Assembly: GCA_002937855.1 (NCBI GenBank) | Contig: PTKS01000001.1 | Location: 7,079-71,078 of the forward strand | Reading direction: 5' to 3' | From: Alphaproteobacteria bacterium MarineAlpha5_Bin12 | GTDB lineage: Bacteria; Pseudomonadota; Alphaproteobacteria; HIMB59; GCA-002718135 | Length of the DNA: 64,000 nucleotides | Part shown: in pieces, positions 10,159-18,971 of the stretch | How positions within the stretch are numbered: the first letter of the stretch is position 1 | How the letters are laid out: every line of letters starts with the position of its first letter | Program-made: the position numbers and the translations under genes | The notes under the pieces: generated by a model | What the model was told of the DNA's origin: nothing | Database searches by the model: none | Seen by the model: the letters and a program-made list of their open reading frames with translations, nothing else

Positions 10159-11589
10159 TTATTTCCATCCACAAATAGTTTTGACTTCTAAATATTCCTC
10201 TAAACCCCAAATACCACCTTCTCGTCCATTACCTGATTGTCTATATCCTCCAAAAGGTGTCCCCGGATCAGAACTTTTACCATTAATATAAACTCCACCT
10301 GATCTAAATTTTTTTGCTACTCTTTTAGCTTTTTCTTTATCTTCTGTCTGAACATAATTTCCTAACCCGTATGAAGTATCATTTGCAATATCTATCGCTT
10401 GATCTTCATTTTCAAAAGGAATGATTGATAATACTGGGCCAAAAATTTCTTCTTTTGCAATTCTCATATCATTTGATACGTCAGTAAAAATAGTTGGGCG
10501 AATAAAATATCCTTTATTTAATCCAGTTGGTCTATCAGGACCTCCTGCAACTAATGTGGCACCTTCATTAATTCCACTTTTTATCAAATCTTGTATTTTA
10601 TCAAATTGAATTTTGGATACTACAGGCCCTATATGATCACCATTTTTTTCAGCTAGATCAACTTTTATATTGTTTGCCTGATCTGCAGCTTCCTTAATAG
10701 CTCTTTCATATATACTTTTTTCCACAAGCATACGTGTAGGTGCATCACAAGATTGTCCTGAGTTGCTCATTATATTTTTTACCCCATCTTTTACTGCATC
10801 AGGATAAGAGTCTGCAAAAATTATATTTCCTCCCTTACCACCTAGTTCTAAACAAACTCTTTTGATTGTATCAGCAGAATTTTTTGTAATAAGTTTTCCA
10901 GCTCTAGTAGATCCCGTAAATGAAACCATATCAATATCAGGGTGGCTAGATATTTGAGTTCCTACACCCTCTCCATTACCATTAACTAAATTAAAAACTC
11001 CCTTTGGAAATCCTGCTTCATTTATCATTTCTGTAAATAACATACCTGACAGAGGAGCAATTTCTGATGGTTTTAAAATCATAGTACATCCAGTAGCTAA
11101 TGCAGGAATAACTTTGAGGGTTATTTGATTAATTGGCCAATTCCAAGGTGTAATTAATCCACATACACCAATTGGCTCATAAGCAATATGATTGTCAGAG
11201 CCTTCTTCAAAAGATTTTTCAAATTCAAATTTTTCAAGTCTTTTAATAAAGTCCTTAATATGAGATGCTCCAGAGCTAGTTTGGGCACTGCTCGCCCAAT
11301 CCATAGGAGCTCCCATTTCCATGGAAATTACTTCAGTCATTTTTTCCCAATTAGATTTATATATTTCATACAATTTTTTAAGAAGTGAAAGTCTTTCATT
11401 TTTTGAGGTATTACTCCAAGTTGAAAAGGCTTTTTTTGCAGATGCTACTGCAGAATTTGTATCTCCAAAATCACCTAATGAAATTATAGCGCATACTTTT
11501 TCTGTAGAAGGATCGATTACCTCAAAATCATTAGACTTTAATGGCTCTACCCACTGCCCGTTTATATAAAATTTTCTTTTATCTAGCAT
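10159..11589 (-). CDS. Aldehyde dehydrogenase family protein
   Basis: ITPWNWP, FTGST, LELGGK, catalytic GQSC, EEIFGPV. Confidence 0.93.
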   Translation of the reverse strand: MLDKRKFYINGQWVEPLKSNDFEVIDPSTEKVCAIISLGDFGDTNSAVASAKKAFSTWSNTSKNERLSLLKKLYEIYKSNWEKMTEVISMEMGAPMDWASSAQTSSGASHIKDFIKRLEKFEFEKSFEEGSDNHIAYEPIGVCGLITPWNWPINQITLKVIPALATGCTMILKPSEIAPLSGMLFTEMINEAGFPKGVFNLVNGNGEGVGTQISSHPDIDMVSFTGSTRAGKLITKNSADTIKRVCLELGGKGGNIIFADSYPDAVKDGVKNIMSNSGQSCDAPTRMLVEKSIYERAIKEAADQANNIKVDLAEKNGDHIGPVVSKIQFDKIQDLIKSGINEGATLVAGGPDRPTGLNKGYFIRPTIFTDVSNDMRIAKEEIFGPVLSIIPFENEDQAIDIANDTSYGLGNYVQTEDKEKAKRVAKKFRSGGVYINGKSSDPGTPFGGYRQSGNGREGGIWGLEEYLEVKTICGWK

Positions 11590-11659
11590 TAGTAATAAAA
11601 TTATATACTAATTAATAACAAATATATAATAATTTGCATATTGAAATTATCTAAAAACA

Positions 11660-12502
11660 ATGGCAAAAGAATGTATGGAAATCAATTTATTATCTGGAGC
11701 ATTAGGAGCTGAAATAGGTGGTATAAGCTTAAAAGATACTTCAATAGAAAATCATAAAAAAATTAATGATTTGTTATTAGAACATAAAGTAATTTTTTTT
11801 AGAGATCAGAACATAAGCCCAGAAGAACAAATAAAACTGGCGAGTTGTTTTGGTCCAGTAGAAAAACATGTTTACGTTAAAGGTCGTAAAGAATATCCCG
11901 AAATTATAAGAATAATTAAAGAACCTGATGAAAAAAATCAATGGGGTGAAAATTGGCACAGTGATGTGAGCTACAATCCAAAACCAACAAAAGCTGTCAT
12001 TTTAAAGTCTATTAAAATACCTCCTGTTGGAGGTGACACTGTTTTTTCTAATATGGAGCTAGCTTGGGAAACTTTAGATCAAGACATAAAAGATAAAATA
12101 AAAGACAAAAAGGCTATTCACAGTTCATTAGGCGCGGCTTTTTTTGTAAATGATTATAAAGCTATGGAGGGAAATGGTAATTATGATGAATATTCAAATG
12201 AACACCCAATAGTTAGAACCCACCCTGAAACAGGAAAAAAAATATTATTTGTAAATTGGACATATACAAAAAAAATTGTAGGAATGGAAAAAAATGAAAG
12301 TGATGAAATACTCTATAAAATTTTCAAACATCAAGAAAGACTTGATTTAACTTGTAGGTTTAGATGGACAACAAATGCAGTGGCTATTTGGGATAATAGA
12401 AGTGTCAATCATTATGCAATAGCAGATTTTTTTCCTGGTAGAGGCCTGGGTTACGAAAGAATTATGGACAGAATAGCAATAGAAGGTGATAAGCCTAATT
12501 AA
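11660..12502 (+). CDS. TauD/TfdA family Fe(II)/2-oxoglutarate dioxygenase (sulfonate or sulfate-ester type)
   Basis: WHSDVSY, GGDT, HPIVRTHPETG, WDNR..NHYA. Confidence 0.88.
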   Translation: MAKECMEINLLSGALGAEIGGISLKDTSIENHKKINDLLLEHKVIFFRDQNISPEEQIKLASCFGPVEKHVYVKGRKEYPEIIRIIKEPDEKNQWGENWHSDVSYNPKPTKAVILKSIKIPPVGGDTVFSNMELAWETLDQDIKDKIKDKKAIHSSLGAAFFVNDYKAMEGNGNYDEYSNEHPIVRTHPETGKKILFVNWTYTKKIVGMEKNESDEILYKIFKHQERLDLTCRFRWTTNAVAIWDNRSVNHYAIADFFPGRGLGYERIMDRIAIEGDKPN

Positions 12503-13311
12503 AACCTTGAGGCAATAAATTCTGGATTTATAACTGAGTCTTTTGTGTTGTATTTGATTTCATCTCCATCAAGATTCCTTATATTTCCTCCAGCCTCTTT
12601 TAAAATGCAGTGTCCTGCAGCAGTATCCCATTCTGATGTAGGTTTAAATCTTGGATAAATATCCGCTTTACCCTCTGCAACCAAGCAAAATTTAATAGAA
12701 CTACCACTATAGTTTAAATTATATTCATTTTGAATTTTTAACCATTTTTTCATCTTTTCATCATTAATATGAGATCTGCTTGATATAATATTCAATTTTT
12801 TATCTGAAAATTTATCTTCTTTATAAGCAATTAATTTAGAATCTATATTTAAATGAAAATTATTTTCATTTATTGATGCTTTTTTTATGAAGCACCCTAA
12901 ATTTTTTGCAGCTAAATATATTCTTGATATTGTCGGCGCATAAACAACTCCTAAAATTGGAAAATGAGAGCTAATTAAAGCAATATTAATTGTAAATTCT
13001 CCATTTTTTTTAATAAATTCCTTTGTTCCATCAAGTGGATCAACTAACCAATAATTTTTCCATTTTTTTCTTTCTTCCCAAGGAATGTGGTCAGATTCTT
13101 CTGAGAAGAAAGGAATTTCTTTTTTTAAATTTTCTAATGAATTTTTAATAATATTATGAGAATTATAGTCTGCTTCGGTAACTGGATGATTTGGTTTTTT
13201 TTCTTTTATGTCAAAATCTTTTTTATAAATTTCCATTACTGCACGGCCTGCAATAATTGCTATTTGACCAATTTTTTCCAAAAGTTCTAAATTTATTATA
13301 TCTTTATTCAA
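12499..13311 (-). CDS. cysQ: 3'(2'),5'-bisphosphate nucleotidase
   Basis: PVTEAD, SEE, WLVDPLDGTKEF, SRSH, GSSIKFC, TSEWDTAAG. Confidence 0.93.
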   Translation of the reverse strand: MNKDIINLELLEKIGQIAIIAGRAVMEIYKKDFDIKEKKPNHPVTEADYNSHNIIKNSLENLKKEIPFFSEESDHIPWEERKKWKNYWLVDPLDGTKEFIKKNGEFTINIALISSHFPILGVVYAPTISRIYLAAKNLGCFIKKASINENNFHLNIDSKLIAYKEDKFSDKKLNIISSRSHINDEKMKKWLKIQNEYNLNYSGSSIKFCLVAEGKADIYPRFKPTSEWDTAAGHCILKEAGGNIRNLDGDEIKYNTKDSVINPEFIASRF

Positions 13312-13330
13312 TTATGATTGTATGGCAATT

Positions 13331-14125
13331 TTATAACTTACCATCTTTCCTCAATTTTTCTCTAATTTTTGTTGCTGAAATTTTTGTTATTTTTTCTTCA
13401 AAAGATTCTTCTTCAAGTTTGTAACCGACTTTTCTTCCATATGTTATATTTACAATATTAGGAACTAGTTGAATTATAAATTCTTTACCGTGAGTAAAAC
13501 CTTTAGAATTAAGATGTTGGTTTATATTTTCACAAACTTTTTCAAAGTCAAAAGGGTTGTCCTCTTGATCAAATCCTCTAGTAGATCCTTCAACATCCCT
13601 AACCTGAATTACTACTTGTCCTGTTTTTTGATAACATCTTTCGAATAAGGCATAGTGGCCATCATGCCATGGTTGCCATCTGCCTAGCATTTGGACAGTT
13701 GGTTTTTTCCAATCAAATTGAATTAAGTCTTTTGCAATTATTTTAGTGTATTCATCTGATTTAAATTCTTTAAAATGATAATCTAACTTATTATCAGGCT
13801 TTTCAAATATTTCATTAGTATCTTCATACCTACCTTTTGCAATTGTATCCATCCAAATTGTATATTTTGGATTTATGATGTTTCGATAATCTTTTTTTGG
13901 ACATATAAAATCACAAATAGCATATGTTTTTCTTGATTCATCTCCAAGTTTCTTCATTCTTTCTGCCTGACGTCTTCTGCCTGACTCTGAAAAATCCCAG
14001 TCATTATACTTTGCTCTAATCTCATCTGATCTAAAATGATCTGCACCTATCTTTTGCGCTAGTTTGTTTGAAAGTGTAGATTTACCTGAACCAGGTAATC
14101 CCATAACTAAGATTATATTTGCCAT
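13331..14125 (-). CDS. Fusion of an adenylylsulfate-kinase-like P-loop domain and a HxGH nucleotidyltransferase domain
   Basis: N-terminal GLPGSGKST, DEIR, DFSESGR; C-terminal GRWQPWHDGH and ISATKIR. Confidence 0.75.
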   Translation of the reverse strand: MANIILVMGLPGSGKSTLSNKLAQKIGADHFRSDEIRAKYNDWDFSESGRRRQAERMKKLGDESRKTYAICDFICPKKDYRNIINPKYTIWMDTIAKGRYEDTNEIFEKPDNKLDYHFKEFKSDEYTKIIAKDLIQFDWKKPTVQMLGRWQPWHDGHYALFERCYQKTGQVVIQVRDVEGSTRGFDQEDNPFDFEKVCENINQHLNSKGFTHGKEFIIQLVPNIVNITYGRKVGYKLEEESFEEKITKISATKIREKLRKDGKL

Positions 14126-14174
14126 AATTTTGTATAGTATTTAATTTATAAAGTGGAATTCTTTTATTTCAAGC

Positions 14175-17100
14175 TTATTTATTTTCGTCAAGCATCATAA
14201 GGCTCGCATTACCGCCTGCTGCAGTAGTATTATAAGTAAATGTTTTTTCTGTAACGAATTGCATTAAATAATTTGGGCCCCCTGCTTTAGCTCCTGTTCC
14301 TGATAGTCCTCTTCCTCCAAACGGATGAACCCCCACAACAGCTCCTACAATATTCCTGTTTATGTAAATATTTCCAATTTTAGCATTATTTGAGATGAAG
14401 TTTATTGTATTGTCAATCCTGCTTTGAACCCCAAGTGTAAGTCCGTAATTTAAATTATTAATATCTTTTACAAGCTTTTCAAGTTCAACTGCCTTATATT
14501 TTATAACATGAATAACTGGTCCAAAAATTTCTTTCTTTAAATCTTTTAAGTTTTCTATTTTTAATAATGTAGGTTTGGTAAAATTACCTTCTAAACTAAT
14601 TTCATTTTTATTGCGCGACAATAAATTCATATTATTTTCTTGAATATGATTTTCAATATTATTTTTTGAATCCTCATCTATTACTGGTCCAATATCAGTT
14701 TTTAATTTTCTTGGATCTCCTATTTCTATTTTTTGTAATGCACCTTCTAGCATTTTAATTGTATTCTCATAAACTTCTTCTTGTATAGCCATTATTCTTA
14801 ATGCAGAACATCTTTGACCTGAAGATCCAAAACCAGATTCTATAGCATCATCAACAACTTGTTCTGTCAAAGCTGAAGAGTCTACAATCATTACATTTAA
14901 ACCACCTGTTTCAGCTGTAAATGATATAATCTCACCTTCTCTTTCATTAATTTTATTTTGAATATGTTTTGCTGTTTCATTAGAACCTGTAAATACTACA
15001 CCTTTAATTTTTTGATTTGCTATAACTTTATTTCCAACTTCTGGCCCATTTCCTAAAACAAGTTGAAGTGCCTCACTTGGCACACCTGCTTTTAAGAAAA
15101 GTTTCATAATAATATTTCCTATGATCGATGTTTGTTCTGCAGGTTTAGTAATTACAGTATTTCCAGCTAATAGTGGAGCTACAATCTGTCCTACAAAAAT
15201 TGCTATAGGAAAATTCCAAGGACTAATTGTAAAGTATACACCCTTTCCTTCATAAGTTAATTCATTGATTTCTCCAGTTGGTCCATTTAATTTTATTGGA
15301 TTTTTAAAAATTTTTTTAGCTTCACTTGAATAATAATAACAAAAATCAATAGCTTCTCTAATATCGTTCATAGAGTCATTTATTGTTTTGCCAGCTTCAA
15401 GTACACAAATTCTTATTAATTCTTCCTGATTGTTTTCAAGTAGCTCTGCAAAATTATTTATAACTTTAGCTCTTTCATCAACATCCGTAGCGTTCCATTC
15501 GTTATAATAATTTGAAGCAATATCTATAGCTTCACTAATTTTGTTACTATCAATAAATGAAACTTTACCAAGCTTAATTGATTTATCAAATGGTGAGTAG
15601 ACATCAAAAGTTTTATCTTTAATCTCTTTTCCATTTATAATTGAGAAAGCTTCATAGTCATAATTTTTTTTGTTTTCTGAAAAAATATCAATAAATTTTT
15701 TTCTAGTTTTTTCATCATTAATATCATATCCCATTGAATTTTTTCTTTCTGGTTCATACATATCTGGAGGCAGTGGAATTTTTGGGTTATATAATTTATC
15801 ATAACCTTTTATAATTTTAATAGGATCTTCTAAAATATCATCAACTGTTAAACTTGGATCACTAACCTTATTTATAAAGGAAGTATTCGCACCATTTTCA
15901 AGTAATCTCCTCATAAGATAAGGTAATAAATCATCATAGTTACCAACCGGAGCATAAATTCTGCATTTTGGATAATTATCTTTTGCATAACTGTTAAAAT
16001 ATTCATGTATTTGTCCAGCCATTCCATGAATTCTCTGGAATTCAAATATCTTATCCTTTCCAATTTCTTCTATGAATGAAATTGAATACGCATTATGAGA
16101 GGCAAACTGGGGGAAAATAGTATCTTGTTTCTCTAGTAATTTTAACGCACAAGCCATCCAAGATAAATCTGTAAAGGACTTTCTTGTATAAACTGGATAA
16201 TTTGGAATTCCTAATTCTTGTGCAATTTTAACCTCTGTGTCCCAATAAGCACCTTTTACCAATCTTACATTAATTTTTTTATTTGTTTCTTTAGCAAGTT
16301 TATCAAGCCAATCTACTAAAGTGAAGCATCTTTTCTGATAAGCTTGAACAGCAAGACCGAGTCCATTCCAATTTTTTAAACTTGAGTCATTCATCATTAA
16401 TTCTAAGAGCATCAATGAAAGAACTAATCGGTAATTTTCTTCTGCATCTATACACAATTGGATATTGTATTCGCTTGCTAACTTGCACAATGATATTAAT
16501 TTTGGCAATAATTCTTTTTTTAAATCTTCAAATTTGTTTCTTTCATATCTAGGATGCAAAGCTGATATTTTAATTGAAACACCATTTGATTGCGTTATAT
16601 CATCATTATTCTTTAATTCTTTGCCTACAGCATGTATAGAATTTTTATAATCTTCAAAATATCTATCCCCATCTTCCATAGTTCTTGCACCTTCTCCTAA
16701 CATATCAAAAGAAAAAAGGTTTTTTGAATATAGATTGGTATTAGTATATTTTATACTTTCTTTCATTGTGGGCTTAAAAACAAATTGACTTGCTAAAATT
16801 GTAACAGCTTTTTTTACTGCAATTCTCAAAACTGGCTCAGAAGTTTTTTTTAATAAACTTTTATAATTTTCTTCTAAATGAGTTTTGTTTTCTTGTTTTT
16901 TATCTAAAATTTTACCAGTTAAAAAAAAGCTCCATGAAGAAGCATTTACAAAGACGCCTTTATCAAAACCGGCATGTTTTGACCAATCAGCAGATGTGAA
17001 TTTGTCTTCTAAAAGTCTATCAATTGTTTTGTTATCTGGTATTCTTAAAAGAGCTTCAGCTAAGCATAATAGAACTGTACCCTCTTTAGTATTTAATTGG

Positions 17101-17294
17101 TATTCTTGTAAGAGATTTTCTATCGGAGATTTTATTTTTGATTGATTTCTAGCATAATCTACAATCTCCTCAGATCTATTTCTTACTTTATCTTTTACTA
17201 ATTTATATTTGGGCTCTAAATATTTTAATAATATTTTTACAACCTGTTCTTCAGGCATATATTGAACATTATTTAATTCACTAAAATCAACCAT
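14175..17294 (-). CDS. putA: Bifunctional proline dehydrogenase/P5C dehydrogenase
   Basis: CLAEALLRIPD, SFDMLGE, RLVKGAYWD, RRLLENGANTSF, SPWNFP, GQRCSALR, NTTAAGGNASL. Confidence 0.97.
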   Translation of the reverse strand: MVDFSELNNVQYMPEEQVVKILLKYLEPKYKLVKDKVRNRSEEIVDYARNQSKIKSPIENLLQEYQLNTKEGTVLLCLAEALLRIPDNKTIDRLLEDKFTSADWSKHAGFDKGVFVNASSWSFFLTGKILDKKQENKTHLEENYKSLLKKTSEPVLRIAVKKAVTILASQFVFKPTMKESIKYTNTNLYSKNLFSFDMLGEGARTMEDGDRYFEDYKNSIHAVGKELKNNDDITQSNGVSIKISALHPRYERNKFEDLKKELLPKLISLCKLASEYNIQLCIDAEENYRLVLSLMLLELMMNDSSLKNWNGLGLAVQAYQKRCFTLVDWLDKLAKETNKKINVRLVKGAYWDTEVKIAQELGIPNYPVYTRKSFTDLSWMACALKLLEKQDTIFPQFASHNAYSISFIEEIGKDKIFEFQRIHGMAGQIHEYFNSYAKDNYPKCRIYAPVGNYDDLLPYLMRRLLENGANTSFINKVSDPSLTVDDILEDPIKIIKGYDKLYNPKIPLPPDMYEPERKNSMGYDINDEKTRKKFIDIFSENKKNYDYEAFSIINGKEIKDKTFDVYSPFDKSIKLGKVSFIDSNKISEAIDIASNYYNEWNATDVDERAKVINNFAELLENNQEELIRICVLEAGKTINDSMNDIREAIDFCYYYSSEAKKIFKNPIKLNGPTGEINELTYEGKGVYFTISPWNFPIAIFVGQIVAPLLAGNTVITKPAEQTSIIGNIIMKLFLKAGVPSEALQLVLGNGPEVGNKVIANQKIKGVVFTGSNETAKHIQNKINEREGEIISFTAETGGLNVMIVDSSALTEQVVDDAIESGFGSSGQRCSALRIMAIQEEVYENTIKMLEGALQKIEIGDPRKLKTDIGPVIDEDSKNNIENHIQENNMNLLSRNKNEISLEGNFTKPTLLKIENLKDLKKEIFGPVIHVIKYKAVELEKLVKDINNLNYGLTLGVQSRIDNTINFISNNAKIGNIYINRNIVGAVVGVHPFGGRGLSGTGAKAGGPNYLMQFVTEKTFTYNTTAAGGNASLMMLDENK

Positions 17295-17309
17295 TTTAAA
17301 ATTTAAAAA

Positions 17310-18971
17310 CTACTTATTATAATTATAATATTTTTTTGCTTGATTTAAAGTGACGTATTCATTCTTTATATCACTTTCAATTAAATCAATATCTCTTTCA
17401 TGTGGATTTCCATAGCCGCCCCCACTTGCTGTATGAATTCTCACCACATCTTCTGGATCTAATGTTAAACCTGTTACAACAGAATACTTTTCTACTTTCC
17501 CATCTTTTCTTATAACCTCAATATAATTAGATCCTCCTTCATTCCCGCCTTCAAGCGACCAAGGCAAGCTTTTTGACCTTGTGTAAGCAACTGAAACCCA
17601 AGCATTTTTAGATCGAATTCTATAATCCATTACTATACCTTTACCTCCTCTGAATTTACCTTCACCACCATCTTCATCATTTAAACGCATTTGATCAACA
17701 TAAACCCCATGCCTTGCTTCTGATATTTCAGCTGGAGTATTGAATGTGTCTCCATGAAAAGCAGAAAAATTAGCGTTGAGACCATCAGAAACTGAACTAG
17801 CGCCCCAACCACCTACTTGTGGTTCTATAATTATAAAAGTTGCTCCAGTGTCCGGATGCTGTCCACCCATAAAAGTTCCGCAAATTGATGCAAAACTACC
17901 TGCTGTAGCTTTATCTGGATTTAGGTTTGAAATAGTTTTCCATACTAGATCATATGATCTTATATCTGTTTCATAATATATACCTTGTGCAGCAGGTCTT
18001 GTAGGATTAAACATAGATCCTTCGTCACATAAAACTTTTAATGGTCTAAATGTACCCGCATTACAAACAAAGTCACCAGAAGTAATTGCTTTGAATGCCA
18101 TTTGAGCCGAAACTACAGTACCATCATAAGATGCATTATTCGGTCCCTCATCTTGCTTAGGATTGTTTCTTAAATCAACTATAAATTCCTTATTAGTAAT
18201 AGTTACATCTACTTGGATTTTCCTTCCATCATCAAGCAAATCCTCTCCATGAAATGTTCCTTTTGGTAAATTTTGTAATGATTCTAGTGAATTTTTTTCT
18301 CCATAATCCATAAATAATTGAACTGATTGCTTAAATGTTTCTTTGCCATATTTTATAGCTATATCTTTTATCCTTTTTTCACCTACTCTTATTGATGCAA
18401 TAGCTGCCCACATATCTCCTAAAGTATATTGTGGAACTCTGCTATTCGCAGTAATAATATCTATTACTGATTGAATAGGTTTACCCTCTTCAATCATTTT
18501 TATTACTGGTAACTGAAGTCCTTCTTGGAATATTTCTTTAGCATCTGCCGAAATTCCTCCTGGAGCCATTCCTCCTAAATCAGGCCAGTGAGCAATATTT
18601 GCTGTCCAAGCTATTCTTTCTCCATCTACAAATATTGGCATTACTACTATAACATCATTTAAATGGGTAACACCTCCATTGTAGGGATCGTTTGTAGCAA
18701 AAACATCACCTTCTTTTATATCTTCTATTTTATATTTTTTTATAACTGCCTGCGCTGCTTTATCACACATTGCTATGAAAGCAGGAATACCTGCACCTGA
18801 AGCGGCTATGTTACCATCCGTATCAGTAACCGCAGTTCCAAAATCTAAAACTTCATATATTATTGAACTCATAGCTGTTTTTCTCATTGCAACAAACATT
18901 TCATCACACGCAGCTTGTAAAGAACTTTGGATAATTTCAGTAGTTATTGGATCTAAATTAACTTTAGTCAT
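17310..18971 (-). CDS. Hydantoinase B/oxoprolinase family subunit (B1)
   Basis: DPIT, NDPYNGGVTHLND, AHWPDLGG, EIFQEG, GGGYG. Confidence 0.92.
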   Translation of the reverse strand: MTKVNLDPITTEIIQSSLQAACDEMFVAMRKTAMSSIIYEVLDFGTAVTDTDGNIAASGAGIPAFIAMCDKAAQAVIKKYKIEDIKEGDVFATNDPYNGGVTHLNDVIVVMPIFVDGERIAWTANIAHWPDLGGMAPGGISADAKEIFQEGLQLPVIKMIEEGKPIQSVIDIITANSRVPQYTLGDMWAAIASIRVGEKRIKDIAIKYGKETFKQSVQLFMDYGEKNSLESLQNLPKGTFHGEDLLDDGRKIQVDVTITNKEFIVDLRNNPKQDEGPNNASYDGTVVSAQMAFKAITSGDFVCNAGTFRPLKVLCDEGSMFNPTRPAAQGIYYETDIRSYDLVWKTISNLNPDKATAGSFASICGTFMGGQHPDTGATFIIIEPQVGGWGASSVSDGLNANFSAFHGDTFNTPAEISEARHGVYVDQMRLNDEDGGEGKFRGGKGIVMDYRIRSKNAWVSVAYTRSKSLPWSLEGGNEGGSNYIEVIRKDGKVEKYSVVTGLTLDPEDVVRIHTASGGGYGNPHERDIDLIESDIKNEYVTLNQAKKYYNYNK

